Origin: Octopus bimaculoides
Lineage: Eukaryota
Direction: 5' to 3'
Length of the DNA stretch: 37,940 nt
NCBI RefSeq assembly: GCF_001194135.2
Contig: NC_068982.1
Location: forward strand, 171,247,743 to 171,285,682
Positions 9,541 through 22,310 of the stretch are shown one piece after another. The position numbers were made by a program, and so were the translations under genes. Under the pieces are notes generated by a model that searched no databases, was not told the DNA's origin, and saw only the letters and a list, made by a program, of their open reading frames with translations. Position 1 is the first letter of the stretch. Each line of letters begins with the position of its first letter.

Positions 9541-12500
9541 CCTTCCTGATTCTCCTTCTCCTTCTTCAATTCTCCGCTTTCTCCGTTCACAATTTGTGAC
9601 ATCTTTTTGTATTTATCCCCCTCATCTTCCTCTATATTTCTCTCCACATTATTCATTTAAATTAATATCTTTTCCTCTCTTTACTCTCTTTACCACTCCC
9701 TCTTCTGTTATCTCTATCTCCTTTTTCTCTCACCTTTATCTACTTCTATTTACTTTTCTTCTTCTGTCTCATATCTCTTCTCATGTCGCTCACCCCTTTT
9801 TCCCCTTTGCTTTGGTTCAGTTAATAGCTTTTATGAGAGAAACGAGAAGAAAAGTCTTTTGAATGACTCTCAAATCGCTGACGAGGCCAAGTCTATCTAG
9901 AGCCATCATATTTGGTTTACAGTTCCTTACAGAAGAATCGACGGGTAACTTCAAGTCAGCAAACAATAGCTTGTTGATTACTGTTACATCTAGTTTACAG
10001 ACAGACTATCAATGCAACAGAGATTATTTAATCATTTTGTTTGTAAGCTTTTGTTTGATTTTCCTGGAATTTTATGCACAGGAATTTTACATAGTTTTTA
10101 ATGTAAGACATGAATGATGGGAGAAACAGATTCATCACTGAAATCTTATTTGTGCTATCTAAAATGGAATTTTTATTTCCCTCATAATAATTAATTTTGA
10201 AGAATTACAATATTCCTGCATTTATATTCAGTTATGTCACTCAACTCACGTTACCACTAATCTCGAAATAACATTTGTAAAATGAATAATATTTCAGACG
10301 GCCTTTTTTCATAGAAACCAGTGAATATGTGCCGTAAGTATCGTTTCGTTAAAAGAACGTTGATGAAATCACGTTGCGGCTTTGTCACTCGTAACTGTCG
10401 TCAAACTTAACGAATGAGGAGTTCGAGTTTGCTTCTATTGAGTGATGCGAACCACCGAATCAACCAGTCTCACATGGTTCACTGTTCTATTTGCAGATTT
10501 TGAAATGCATCTAAGTATTTATGGCAACAGGTAAAACTGCTGCTTTATCACTTTTCTATCATTTCTTAGAGACGTTTAGGAGAACCATTTACGAATGAAA
10601 ACAAATCGGTTTATGAAAGACATCTTCGCATTATAACGTTTATTCCATCATTTTCTATATATTTCATGCAGAATTTTTCAATTATTCTCAAAATGTTAAC
10701 ATGCATATTTTGGAATAAATTATTTAACAACAAATAAGGTATAGAAATTAGAGCTTCTGTTGAAAGAATTTTAAATTAAGAAACTATAGATGAAAACTTG
10801 AAGCTGTTTACAATCAATCATTGCAATGTAACCAACCACAAATTTTCGTAAGTCATTCTTAAAATAAAGCAATAGTTTTCACGAGTTTGTTGATTGCTGG
10901 TTGATATACAAAATTAAGAACATTCTGTCACGAATATATTCTAGATGGAAGTATAGTTTTCCATATTATGTGTAGAGGTAACTGAAAACGGCTGGTAGTC
11001 GATGGCACAAGGGATAACTGAAGTGAAATTTCTCAATCAGGAACGTGCTACGGTCCTATGATCATTGCACGGTCCTCGAATTGTTTAATTTTAACTTCTT
11101 TTAAAATAAATTAAGCATTATGGAATTCTTAGAAATAAATGGGGAAAGCGTGAGTGTTGGTTTATGAAATTTACTTTTCACAACTAGGTGTCTCAATGTT
11201 AGATCATCATTTGAGGTAATTTGGATAAAATATTTTACTATATATTCGAGTCACCCTAAAATATTTGAGCATAATTTACTAGCCACAAACTGCGGAAAAC
11301 CGGCCTATCGTCTCTTCGATGCTCTAAATAGTAGACAAAGTAGAGTCAATATAATCGACTAATCTTCTTAAGCTTGTTGCAATTCAATGACTGAAACCTA
11401 TAAAAGAATGAAGACGAGTAAACAAAAAAAAAAGCGAACTAAAAATGGAAGACATAATGAAGGAAAGCTAAAAATTAAAAGGAAATAATTTTAATTATGA
11501 CTTCATGCATAATTACACTTACATACAATATAGACACGGATGTATAAAAGATGAAATTGTGATAACAAAAACTACATGAACACCAGTCTATTCATAACCC
11601 GTCTATTAAAGTACACGCTTAACATACATCATATAGGAATGCGTTCTTTTCTTAATGACAGTTTAATAATAATGGTTTAATTCGCTCCCATTATTTTCAT
11701 GTTTATGTGTATACCAAATTGAAAGTAATGTTTTTTTCTTCAAACTGATGCCGATTTTATAAATGATAAGATAATCATATAGCTTATATAATTCGCCTTG
11801 GTGTTTTTGTGCTACTTATTTTAACGACGCTCTTATGAGATGAAAGACAAAGTAATCCGATGAATATTTGAACTTATAAACATGTGGTACCTAACTAGAT
11901 AACGTTTTTAATGAATCTGTCTAGTTTGGCATTCTAACGTTTGCGCTAACTCACATGCCCTTGAAGATGTAGATATAAGATTAGTTGCTCTTAAGTGTTG
12001 CCATGTCAGACAATCGTATTGCTTACAACAAAGGCCAAGTATTTGATTGGCACAATCTTCACTGACAACATTTACTCGTTGATCTGCACTTCATAATATT
12101 GTAATCCCTCCCCCCACCAACGAGATTACATGTACCTCCCCGACTCCGACTTACTTGGCTTCATCCCAACTCCACCCACATAAAATAACTAAATAAACAG
12201 ACAAGTTATTTACTGCACCTGTCATTCTGCTTTCTGACATCTACTAAACCACACTAAAATAACGTATACTCACATATATACACACACACAAACACACACA
12301 CACACATACGCACGTACACTCACACACACATACACGCACACTCTTCTCTAGGTCCTTGCACTAAAAAACACGCTCGCTCCTATGTTTAGCATATTGCTTC
12401 TCTATGCAACGTCAGTGCCTGCTTACGAATTACTTACCTTCATCATCTCAAACGAAACATTAACCGCACTAACCTTCCCCACTATGCGTCCCAACCTTCC

Positions 12501-13149
12501 GCTCTAGGTGGCGCTATAGAGGTTATGGGCACAGTTCTTCCTTTTTAAGAGCAGAGTAAAGTAAAATATTCAGACAATAAATAAACAACTTACAAGAATT
12601 GTGTTTATGAGTCTAGCAGACAATGAAAGAAACCAAGGCCTCGTTGATAGAACGTTAGAAGTAAGGATTGGATGTTACATTTGCTTCTTAAACGTGTAGT
12701 AGCATCCTGTTCGGTAACTGCACTTATTAGTCCTTCTTATAATATTTTGTTATTATTTTTATTATTAGTAGTAACATCATTATTATCAGTACTGTTATCG
12801 GTGCGGTGAGGCATCGTTTTTTTTCTTTTAAATTACATTACAGTTTTAATCCTCTGTGTATTGGCTCATAAACCACTCGGTTCAACATTGCTTTTAATGG
12901 TTCGACGAAAGAAATGCCTGTGTGTATAATTAAAGAAGCCATTAATATTATTATCGTTGAGCTGTAGAGTAACTGAATCGGTAGATTGACGTAAGTGTCC
13001 CCTGTTATTTAGTTTCTACTACGTGATGAGACAAACTTCCCTCTCATCTTTCCAACGTGTGGAAATATGTACCAGTTATTTAATGGTGTTAATTGAATCG
13101 ACTATGCCATTCAACATGCTCGCCCTGTGCCAATGTAGGGAGAAAAGTT

Positions 13150-13380
13150 TAGTATAACTGTGTAGGATGGTGGTTTTACAGAACTGTAAGACTATTGGAT
13201 TGTAAAATTTGTTCCGGCTTTTCATTCTCTAAGTTCAAAACCTAACGAGGCCAACATTCTTTTCGTTTTTCTAGGGTCAATAAGTAAAGAAACAGTCAAC
13301 TCCTTGTGTCGATACAAACAGCGGTTCGCTTCCCCAAAATTAGGGGCCCTGTGAATTTTGTAAATCATCATTATTGGTCC
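13150..13380 (+). mobile_element. SINE family 2, highly degenerate
   Basis: TTCTCTAAGTTCAAAACCTAACGAGGCCAACATTCTTTTCGTTTTTCTAGGGTCAATAAGTAAAG resembles the family 2 B-box and central region. Confidence 0.5.
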
Positions 13381-13895
13381 ATTAATGATGTTAGTGTTGA
13401 TAATAAAATGAGGTAGTAGTGGAGATTATGGTGAATCCTCGAGTTTTGGGAGAATTTCTTCAGTTCTCACGTGAAAAAAAGCAACTAATTTATTAGCTTA
13501 GTATCATTGCTCTCTCATCATGTATCTACTGTTTTATCTCTATTCCATTTCTTGGTGTAGTACTGATAATGAAACTAGTATTGTGGATGTTGCAATTGTC
13601 ATAGTTTCAGTGGAGGTTCGGTGACATTTAAACAATTTTGTGCATTGCATTTTTTAGGTGAGGTAAATGATGTTCCGACTTTAAAGAATTCTCTCCATCT
13701 CACACTGGCGACAACGATTCTGTCAATGATCAGCTGAAAAAGTTTTGCAGGATGATGTCTACAGAGTGAGCAAAAGTGGGGTTGAAGTTACAGAGATTTG
13801 CTCATCCGCTAAGGGGGAAAGATTAATCAAAATGTTTGTACATAGTTTGAAGGAAGAAACACTAAAGAAATGTGAAGAATAGCAGGATATATCCG

Positions 13896-14030
13896 ACAGG
13901 TTTCTGCATAGTTTCCATCTACAGAATTTCACCTCACAAGGCTTTGCATGATCGGTGACAATAGTAGAAGACAGTTGCTAATGGTGTTGCAAAGTGAAAT
14001 CGCATCTCGAATCAACTGCCTGATATGCTT
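13896..14030 (-). mobile_element. Old, degenerate family 1 SINE
   Basis: TTTCCATCTACAGAATTTCACCTCACAAGGCTTTG..ATAGTAGAAGACAGTTGC aligns with 32795-32865. Confidence 0.6.
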
Positions 14031-15780
14031 TTATCGTTTAACTATACGAATTTCGAAATAGAGGATAAGAAGTCATTTTAGTTGCCAAACGACACAGAAG
14101 AAATGAACGGCATGTATATAAGCCTATAGTATTTTGATAAATAGTCGAAGGAAAGGAAGGGAGGGACGTAGTCTAGGCATCAGCAACAGATTTGCGAACA
14201 GTACTTTTATTTGAGTTGCGCTTGATTGTTGAGGAGGTGAGCAACTAATCAGATCTAAAGTACTTTCCGTCTCCTGAAGAGGAAACCTAATCTTTATGAT
14301 GGAGTGTATGCAATGTTATCTATGTGCTGTAACAATGTGATATCCTGAGATTTTTCGAAGTCCAACATTTCTTGCTACTTTGAACGTTTTAGATGTGTGT
14401 TATTCATATAAAGGATGCGTAAGTGTTTCCTTAATATAAAATGTTTTCTCGATATAAGCAGCTGTTGAAAATAATTAGTTTGCTATGTCATAAGAAGTTA
14501 TTTTCAGAGTTTCTGATCATAGATGGAGTGCGAGTGATGCGTGAATTGTAGAGGTAAAATGTGGATATTGCTTGTGTACAAAGCAGTAAAGTTAGAGTGG
14601 TACTTTTAGCTACAAGCATAGTAATTTTGTATTATTTTTGTTACTGTTATTGATGGTACTGTTTCAACCCAGGTTACCTCAGACCAAGCAGGTTATAACG
14701 GAAGAACTTTCAGCTTTCACAATCCACACTTCTATTTATGATTACATAGGACAAGATTATTGTCATATGTCGTTCCTTTTTATATAGCAATAGGTATATA
14801 TTTGGGCCTTGTAATATTACGGTTGATAATGATGATATATACTGTGATAGGCATTATGGTAATAATAGTCACTGTTCAGATGTTAGTCGGAGTAGTAATG
14901 TTAGTGACCATAATGCTTGCTATAAAGTCAATTTAGTTGCTAATAGTAGTGCTATCAGCAGGAAAATAATAGTAGGTGTGGGTTCGTAGTACATTCGACT
15001 GCAGAAGTCATAATGGTTCGTGCCATGGCTTAACCGTTAGTTATGCTGAAACAAGATCACATCTTTCATTCTATTTAGTGGTAATTTTTACGATGACCAA
15101 TCCAACATTCTCTGCAAAATGACATGAATATCTCAGCATCACATAGCAATGTTCATGAAAATATCTTTCGAGGTCCTTCATAAATTACTTATTATTCCAG
15201 GGTATCCTTTGTAAATGCCAAAGAATCCACCACCGCTGATGTAGGTATACCCACTCTTTTTCACTCTCTCTTTCTCTCTCCCTCTACCCCACTCTCTCTT
15301 TGTTCTCTGCACGTAATTTTATTATTATTTTTTGCTGGTGTTTGTACATATATTATATTTTTTTGCTGGCTTTTGTACATATATTATAATTTTTGCTTTA
15401 TTTTATCGAATTATCTTCATATATCTATTCATTTAATTTATTTTTGGTTAAATATACGTTGCTTGTTTGTCTTCAATTTTCTTTCCTGCCGTTTTCTTAT
15501 CTTAATTTTCTATTATCGCATAGATTTGTTTCGACACGCCGTCAAAACAAATAAAAAGAGTAAAATATACAATTTCAAAAAAAAAAAAAAAGCAAACATG
15601 ATGAATGCTTGTCATTGTTGTTGGTGTTCTTTGTTAGGTTCTATTTTCTATCTAGAAAACATTACAATAATAGATATTACAATTACTGTAGAGAGGTTAC
15701 CCACCAAACATCGGATAAAAAGTATGAGTAAAATAAATGTTAGTTTGTAAAAACAAAAAAAATAGCAGAAGCAACAAGAC

Positions 15781-15782
15781 TG

Positions 15783-15879
<97 letters not shown>

Positions 15880-15880
15880 T
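15781..15880. repeat. (AAT)n microsatellite
   Basis: Direct reading. Confidence 0.97.
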
Positions 15881-16400
15881 AATAATGAGAAGGAGGATGA
15901 TAATAACAATAATAATGTTCATGGTGATGATTATAAAAATTAAATAGTAACAAAAACATCAAAATTAGTAGTTATTAGTAATAACAGAAATAACAAGAAG
16001 AATAGTACTGATAACAGAAATAATAACTAAACAAAAAACCAAACAGATAATTATCAATTTTGGCATTCCGGCCCAATGATGGGTGCCTGAGATGACTCTC
16101 TGTCTGGCTTGCTGGCTTGCTGGCAGGCTGTCTAAGTAGCTGGCGCAAGATTTTGGCTTAATTTATTTTTGTATTTCACCATGTTAAACTTTCTACAAGG
16201 TACTTACTCCGCCGTTTGTTTACGTACATCGTAGTACGCAGATGCCTCTGGGGTAAACCAGCACAGGCAGTCTGGTGAGGGTGATAATGCTTTGTCTTGA
16301 GGATGTTGCAGGTTTTGTTATCTATGTGTATTATGCTTCTGTCTATGTATATATGTATTATATCTCCATATGTATGCATTTAAGTACGTGTGTACCTCTC

Positions 16401-16401
<1 letters not shown>

Positions 16402-16481
<80 letters not shown>

Positions 16482-16614
16482 TCATATACATATGTACACA
16501 CACACACACACACACATATATTCACATAAATACAGATACGTACATAGGCGCACACACAAACATTCCTACATATATATGAAATCATAAAAATTTATATATA
16601 TGTGTTAGTGCGTG

Positions 16615-16674
<60 letters not shown>

Positions 16675-16757
16675 TACATACATACATACATACATACATA
16701 CGTACATACATACATACGTACATGCATACATACATACATACATACATACATACATAA
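16402..16757. repeat. Compound (AT)n/(GT)n/(CA)n/(GA)n/(CATA)n microsatellite field
   Basis: Direct reading. Confidence 0.93.
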
Positions 16758-17794
16758 ATGTGAGAACATATATGTATAATTATATTTATTTATCTAGTTA
16801 TGATAATGTATATGCGTATACTGTATTTTATATATAGTATTTGTCTGTGTAATATGCATGCATAAGTTCACAGAAGCATGTATATAAAAACGAGGTGTGC
16901 ATGCATGATTGCATGCATGTATCAGATGTTACATGTATGAAAATAGTGACTTTATATCGCAGTAAAAGATGTGGTGGTGGTGGCGGTGGTGGGAGTGATA
17001 GGGGTATATTTGTAGTATTAGCAGCAGCAATATTCGTTGTAGTAATAGCAAGTAAAGTGGCAGCAGTAGCAGCAGCATCTCGCAACAGGACGGGTGGGTA
17101 AGAACGTGAATAAATAGCAAAATGGGTATATTTTGTCGATGAAGCTTCGGTGTTAAGGGGAAAGATAAATATAGAGCAAAAATGATACAAAAAGCGAATA
17201 GATAAATACCACAAAGAGAAGCAAAGAAACAACGTGAATATTGTTGATTATTTTCTTCTATCTACTGTTTTATTTTCATAATATTTTTTTATTTTTAGTT
17301 AGTTATATGTTTGAAATGAAAAATAACAAAAAATCAAATAGTCATTTAAAACAAAATTCTAAAGAAGATAAAATATATGAATATAAAAGCAAGGAACATA
17401 ACAACAATAATTCCTCTTACGAGACAGAAAGTGTGAGTTGAGAAGGAAGGGTAAAAAAATATTTTTCTTCAATTTCAGTCATTAATTGGTTATGTGTACG
17501 TGTGTCTATGTGTGAGTTTATGTGTGTGTGTGTGTATGTGTGTGTTTATGTGTGTGTGCGCGCATGTAGATATTCGTGCGTGTGTGGTCTTAATGCCCAC
17601 GATACCGAAAGCGGGCCAGTATTACAGAGAAATCAGGAATGGAATCGGTACCAACGTATAATACAACTTAGACCGACGGACTTTATCTATTAGCTGCAAT
17701 TTTCTCTATTCACGTAGGCATTCATAGACACAGGTTACATGCAATGAAATATATATGTATATCCTTTTCTCTATATTTATTAGTATTCTTCATT

Positions 17795-17960
17795 TGCCTC
17801 CGTTCTTAAGTCCTGTGTTCACATTCCGCCGAAGTCCACTTTGCGTTTCATACTTTCATGGGTTGATAAAATAAGTATTACTTGCGCATTTGGATCGATG
17901 TAATCGATATACGCTCTTCCCCCAGAAATTTCTGGCCTTGTACCAAAATTTGAAAACAAT
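17795..17960 (+). mobile_element. SINE family 2, 5'-truncated, directly upstream of the copy at 17981
   Basis: GTTCACATTCCGCCGAAGTCCACTTTGCGTTTCATACTTTCATGGGTTGATAAAATAAGTA..GGATCGATGTAATCGA. Confidence 0.78.
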
Positions 17961-17980
17961 ATTTACTAGTATTCTTAAAC

Positions 17981-18187
17981 GCGGCGATCTGGTAGTAGCG
18001 TTAGTACGCCGGACATTATGCTTAACGATATTTGGTCAGTCTTTACGTTCTGAGTTCAAGTTCCACCGAGGTCGACTTTCATTCTATCGGGGTCGCTAAA
18101 ATAAGTGCCAGTTGAGCACAGGTGACAACGTAATCGAATTAGACCTTCCCAGATATTGCTGGCCATGAGCCAAAATGTGAAACCAAT
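17981..18187 (+). mobile_element. tRNA-derived SINE, family 2, near full length
   Basis: GCGGCGATCTGGTAGTAGCGTTAG (A-box-like), GAGTTCAAGTTCCACCGAGGTCGACTTT (B-box), and central CGGGGTCGCTAAAATAAGTGCCAGTTGAGCAC. At least six relatives occur in the window. Confidence 0.82.
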
Positions 18188-18499
18188 ATTCTTTGATATT
18201 CTTTCTAGAATGAGGGGCACTGGTTTCAAACAAACAAAAAAAAAAAAGAAAAAGAAAAGATCCCCTCCATTGGAGTTTGGTTAACAACAACGATAATTGT
18301 GGTAGGCCATGGATTTCTGAACGTTATCCATGCTAGTACTTGGCCCAAAAGCCATCCAAAACAGACCAGCTAGTTTATCCTCCTGAACGCTAAGAGATTT
18401 CCCAAAAGCATTATCGCTCTTACCACCACCTGATTTCTATACTATATTGCTAGTATAGAACTTCGACCAACCGCATTGCCAGACTGGTAGAGGGCAATG

Positions 18500-18690
18500 A
18501 ACGCAAGGCCAGCAGTTTTGAGAGGAGGGTGCTCGTCAAAATCGTTGTCTATAGAATTTGAATGAAGCTATATTTATTGATTCCCGAAAAGATGGGAGGA
18601 ATGTTGACCGAGTTTGTATTTGAACTCAGGAAGCAAAGAACCGGAAGAGATGCCACAAATAACAAAACTAGCAATAACGACAACAGCGAG
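18500..18690 (-). mobile_element. SINE family 2, degenerate
   Basis: Reverse complement contains GAGTTCAAATACAAACTCGGTCAACATTCCTCCCATCTTTTCGGGAATCAATAAAT. Confidence 0.55.
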
Positions 18691-19955
18691 TGAACTTCTG
18701 CGTACTTTACTCGCTATTTTTTTTGTTGAATCACATCGTACCAGCTTTTAAAGAAATTCAACATTGAATAAAGTGACAATTGGTTCCATACGCACATAAC
18801 AAAAATGGCTGAAATATCTATGAGATTTAGGACTAAAGATCATTCGTAGCAACACCAATAATTGCCATCTTAGATGGAAAACAGCAACAACAAAAACATA
18901 AGCGTTATGAATCACCAGCATCATAAACAATACCACCATAATCACTACTATTATAATGTGACAACAAGGGAGAGTCTGGATTTGGGTGTCTTAATCTGAG
19001 TTTCCTTTGTTGCAAGGGGTCAACCTAGGCCTCCTATTTGAGGGTTATTCTACCCTTCCTACAACCAGTCTCGGAGACTGAAAAAATATAGTCACGCGTG
19101 TTATACATTCATCTTATTCTCGACTAAACGGTTAAACATATGATAGGTAAAATAACACTCGACTAATACAGATTAGAGACAAAGTATCTTAACAAAAATA
19201 ACATAGAGTTACCACTACTTACACGATAAACATAAGAGCAACAGAAAAGCAGCCACACTACGAAAACATAGACACCATCCATCTCTATTACTACCAGAAA
19301 TTTCTCCACCACCACCTACAACACAAACTTCAATACCACCAAACACAAACACCAATACCACCACCGACATCACCACTTCGAACATAACAGCGGCACCAAT
19401 CATATCAAGATACACCAATCATATCAAGATATCAGCTATTTCAATCTACATCAGTCACCACAACAATATATAGGAAACCACCAACTAACAACAATAGTAA
19501 TCACTGCGATAATAATAAAAGCAAAAACAACGAAAACATCAATAACGACAATTATAGCATCATTGCAAGGTGAAGAGAAAATGAAAAGGTGTGGAATCTG
19601 GTGAAGGTGGAATGACGTTTGGGATGGGGGAGAGAGAGGGAGGGAGGGAAAGAGAGACGGGGTAACTTTATAATGCAAACCCTAACAACATTATATATNN
19701 NNNNNNNNNNNNNNNNNNNNNNNNNNNNNNNNNNNNNNNNNNNNNNNNNNNNNNNNNNNNNNNNNNNNNNNNNNNNNNNNNNNNNNNNNNNNNNNNNNNN
19801 NNNNNNNNNNNNNNNNNNNNNNNNNNNNNNNNNNNNNNNNNNNNNNNNNNNNNNNNNNNNNNNNNNNNNNNNNNNNNNNNNNNNNNNNNNNNNNNNNNNN
19901 NNNNNNNNNNNNNNNNNNNNNNNNNNNNNNNNNNNNNNNNNNNNNNNNNNNNNNN

Positions 19956-20012
<57 letters not shown>

Positions 20013-21003
20013 CATACACATAGACATACATACACATACACACACATACATATATGCATACATACATAAATGTACAGTTATACATATGCATGCATACCTA
20101 TATATATATACACATATATATGCACATATATATATATTAAATACGTATATATGAATGCATTATATATATATATGTTAATACATGTTTATATACGCGGGCG
20201 TGCGTACGTGTGTGTACGATATATATCCATGTTTTGTATTTTTATACATATATATTTATAAATACAGATATTTTCCTACATATACTCTCTATGATGTCGC
20301 GAATAGCTTAATTTTTTTTTTTATGCCTATGGTCGAATATATGAGGAGGAGAGGTCGTTTTTTACTGTTAAAGATATATCTAAACTCAAATATTGGAATT
20401 TATTTCGCAGTTGTGTATAACGTGAATATTTTTAATGTTTTCATCGATCTTAGAAAATAATACGTAAAAAAAAAATATTTCTGCAAAAATTGTATTTCAG
20501 TTCGAATTGCGCAAATACGAAACCCATTAATACCCTGCACACTTTGAGCAATTCAATATTAATAATTACGAGTCAGCTGAAGCTACGAGAGTTATTGTAT
20601 TGCGTTGAAAATCTCTTCAGCTTCGCAGTTTGCTAAATATACTAATCGTTCAAAAATTAAGTCTGAACATCAAACACTTGTAAACAAACAAAGAAAGGTG
20701 GGTGAAAGAGGAGAGAGAGGGGNNNNNNNNNNGAGGGATGGAGAGAAAGTGGGAGAGAGAGTGATAGGGAACACTTGTAATTAAGAAATTTATAATTGTT
20801 TCTGGAAAATGTGTTGGTGTGCCTCAGGAACATGGTTAGAATGTAATATGATAACAAGATAATGCTGTTAGCAGGAGAAGCTAGGAAAGACAATAGAGAT
20901 GAAAGAATTATACAATAAGATATAATAAAAGACAATGAAAGTAGTAAACTACAAGAAGGTATAAGTAGGTATAATTTTCTGTTATAGGTGTACGGATATA
21001 AAA

Positions 21004-21157
<154 letters not shown>

Positions 21158-21169
21158 CGAGATTGTCCT

Positions 21170-21650
21170 ACATGTGGTATGTAACTTAGAGCGAGCCTTG
21201 TTCCTGGGTGTTATAGTTAGCTTCCTTGCGAGCAGTTCCGAATCGAAGATTCCTCATCAGACTTTCCTAACTAATTAATTTTCTTAAATGTTGGCTAGTG
21301 CCGATTTATACTCCTGGAAGCGGTAAATGCGTTTCCAATGCAATTAGGCTTAACGAAGTATGCCACTGTAATTCTGAGGTTGACATCATCTGTCACCCTC
21401 GCTACTGTCTGAGTGGGAAAATTCCCCTCTACACTGTTTGCCGTGTTGTATTACTGCACTGGGTGGTGTGGCCTTGTAGAAATGCACCTTCACTCAATGG
21501 TGAAAGTGTCTTTAAGTCGATCCTATGTATATCGTTCAACAAGACCGGATGCTTCATTGATTAGATCATTCTGGTTGGGCATTGATTTATTGAGCATGCG
21601 TCCAGTGTGTCGTTGGTGTTATTGTTATGGCTGAGTGAGAGATAGTTTCT
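21170..21650 (-). mobile_element. Penelope-like element remnant: decayed GIY-YIG endonuclease followed by an eroded hammerhead motif
   Basis: Minus strand reads MI*SMKHP..SC*TIYIGST*RHFHH*VKVHF..SAVIQH..VARVTDDVNLRIT (YIGST at 21529-21515), which fits the PLE GIY-YIG pattern VIYxIxC..C...YIGxT.R.L..R..EH. Just downstream is CTGATGA (21260-21254) plus hairpin GAATC-TTC-GATTC and GGAA. Boundaries are approximate. Confidence 0.78.
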
Positions 21651-21660
21651 GACTGTGGCC

Positions 21661-21730
<70 letters not shown>

Positions 21731-21884
21731 GATAGTACATCAATCTATATACTTTTAAAACCGTAAACATATAGAAAATTAAACCTTTCTATACTTTACT
21801 AACTTGTATTTTATTTTATCTCATCTTATTTCTTTAACTGTCTTTCCTAAACTCTCCTACTAAGGGAATTACACAGTTATCTTA

Positions 21885-22101
21885 CTAGAATTATTTCGGC
21901 ACTAGGCTTGAAATTTTAGGGGAAGAGCTTTGTCAATACCATCAACTCCGATACTTGGTTTGGTAGTATACTTTATTGATCTCTAAAGAATGGAGGACAA
22001 AAGTGAGCTCAGCGAGTCTTGAAGTCAGAATGTAAAAAGTCAGAAGAAATATCGCATTGAATGTTTCCAACGCTCTAGCGATTCTGCCAGTTCGCCGCCT
22101 T
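21885..22101 (-). mobile_element. SINE family 2
   Basis: Reverse complement starts AAGGCGGCGAACTGGCAGAATCGCTAG and continues TTCTGACTTCAAGACTCGCTGAGCTCACTTTTG. Confidence 0.75.
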
Positions 22102-22134
22102 TGCTAAAAGTTTTGGCAAAATGCTAGCCGTTTT

Positions 22135-22310
22135 AAAGGAAGAGTGGTAGTCGATTACATCGACCACAATGTTCAACTGGTACTTACTTTTTCTACCTCG
22201 AATTGATGAAAGACAAAGTTGACCTCCACGGAATTTGAAGTCAGAATTTAACGAGGGATGAGATGCCGCCAAGCAGTGTGCGTGACGTGCTAAAAATTCT
22301 GTCACCTCAG
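22135..22310 (-). mobile_element. SINE family 2
   Basis: Reverse complement TTCTGACTTCAAATTCCGTGGAGGTCAACTTTGTCTTTCATC..AAGTAAGTACCAGTTGAACATTGTGGTCGATGTAATCGACT. Confidence 0.8.

Noticed and set aside
9871-9925. CTGACGA-GGC...GCC hammerhead-like start
   Set aside because: No GAAA follows stem II and there is no stem III or cleavage triplet.
10298-10333. Possible 36-nt plus-strand micro-exon (TTTCAG|..|GTAAGT; RPFFIETSEYVP)
   Set aside because: No in-frame partner exon was found (the next candidate gives a stop), and such signals are frequent by chance.
14275-14290. CTGAAGAGGAAAC
   Set aside because: Both core motifs are adjacent with no stem II, and there are no flanking stems.
16208-16320. 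Minus-strand open frame ending at a GTAAGT donor (PQDKALSPSPDCLCWFTPEASAYYDVRKQTA)
   Set aside because: No acceptable acceptor upstream and the peptide is not recognised.
19066-19080. Interrupted palindrome CAGTCTC-G-GAGACTG
   Set aside because: Isolated and short, with no associated element or second copy.
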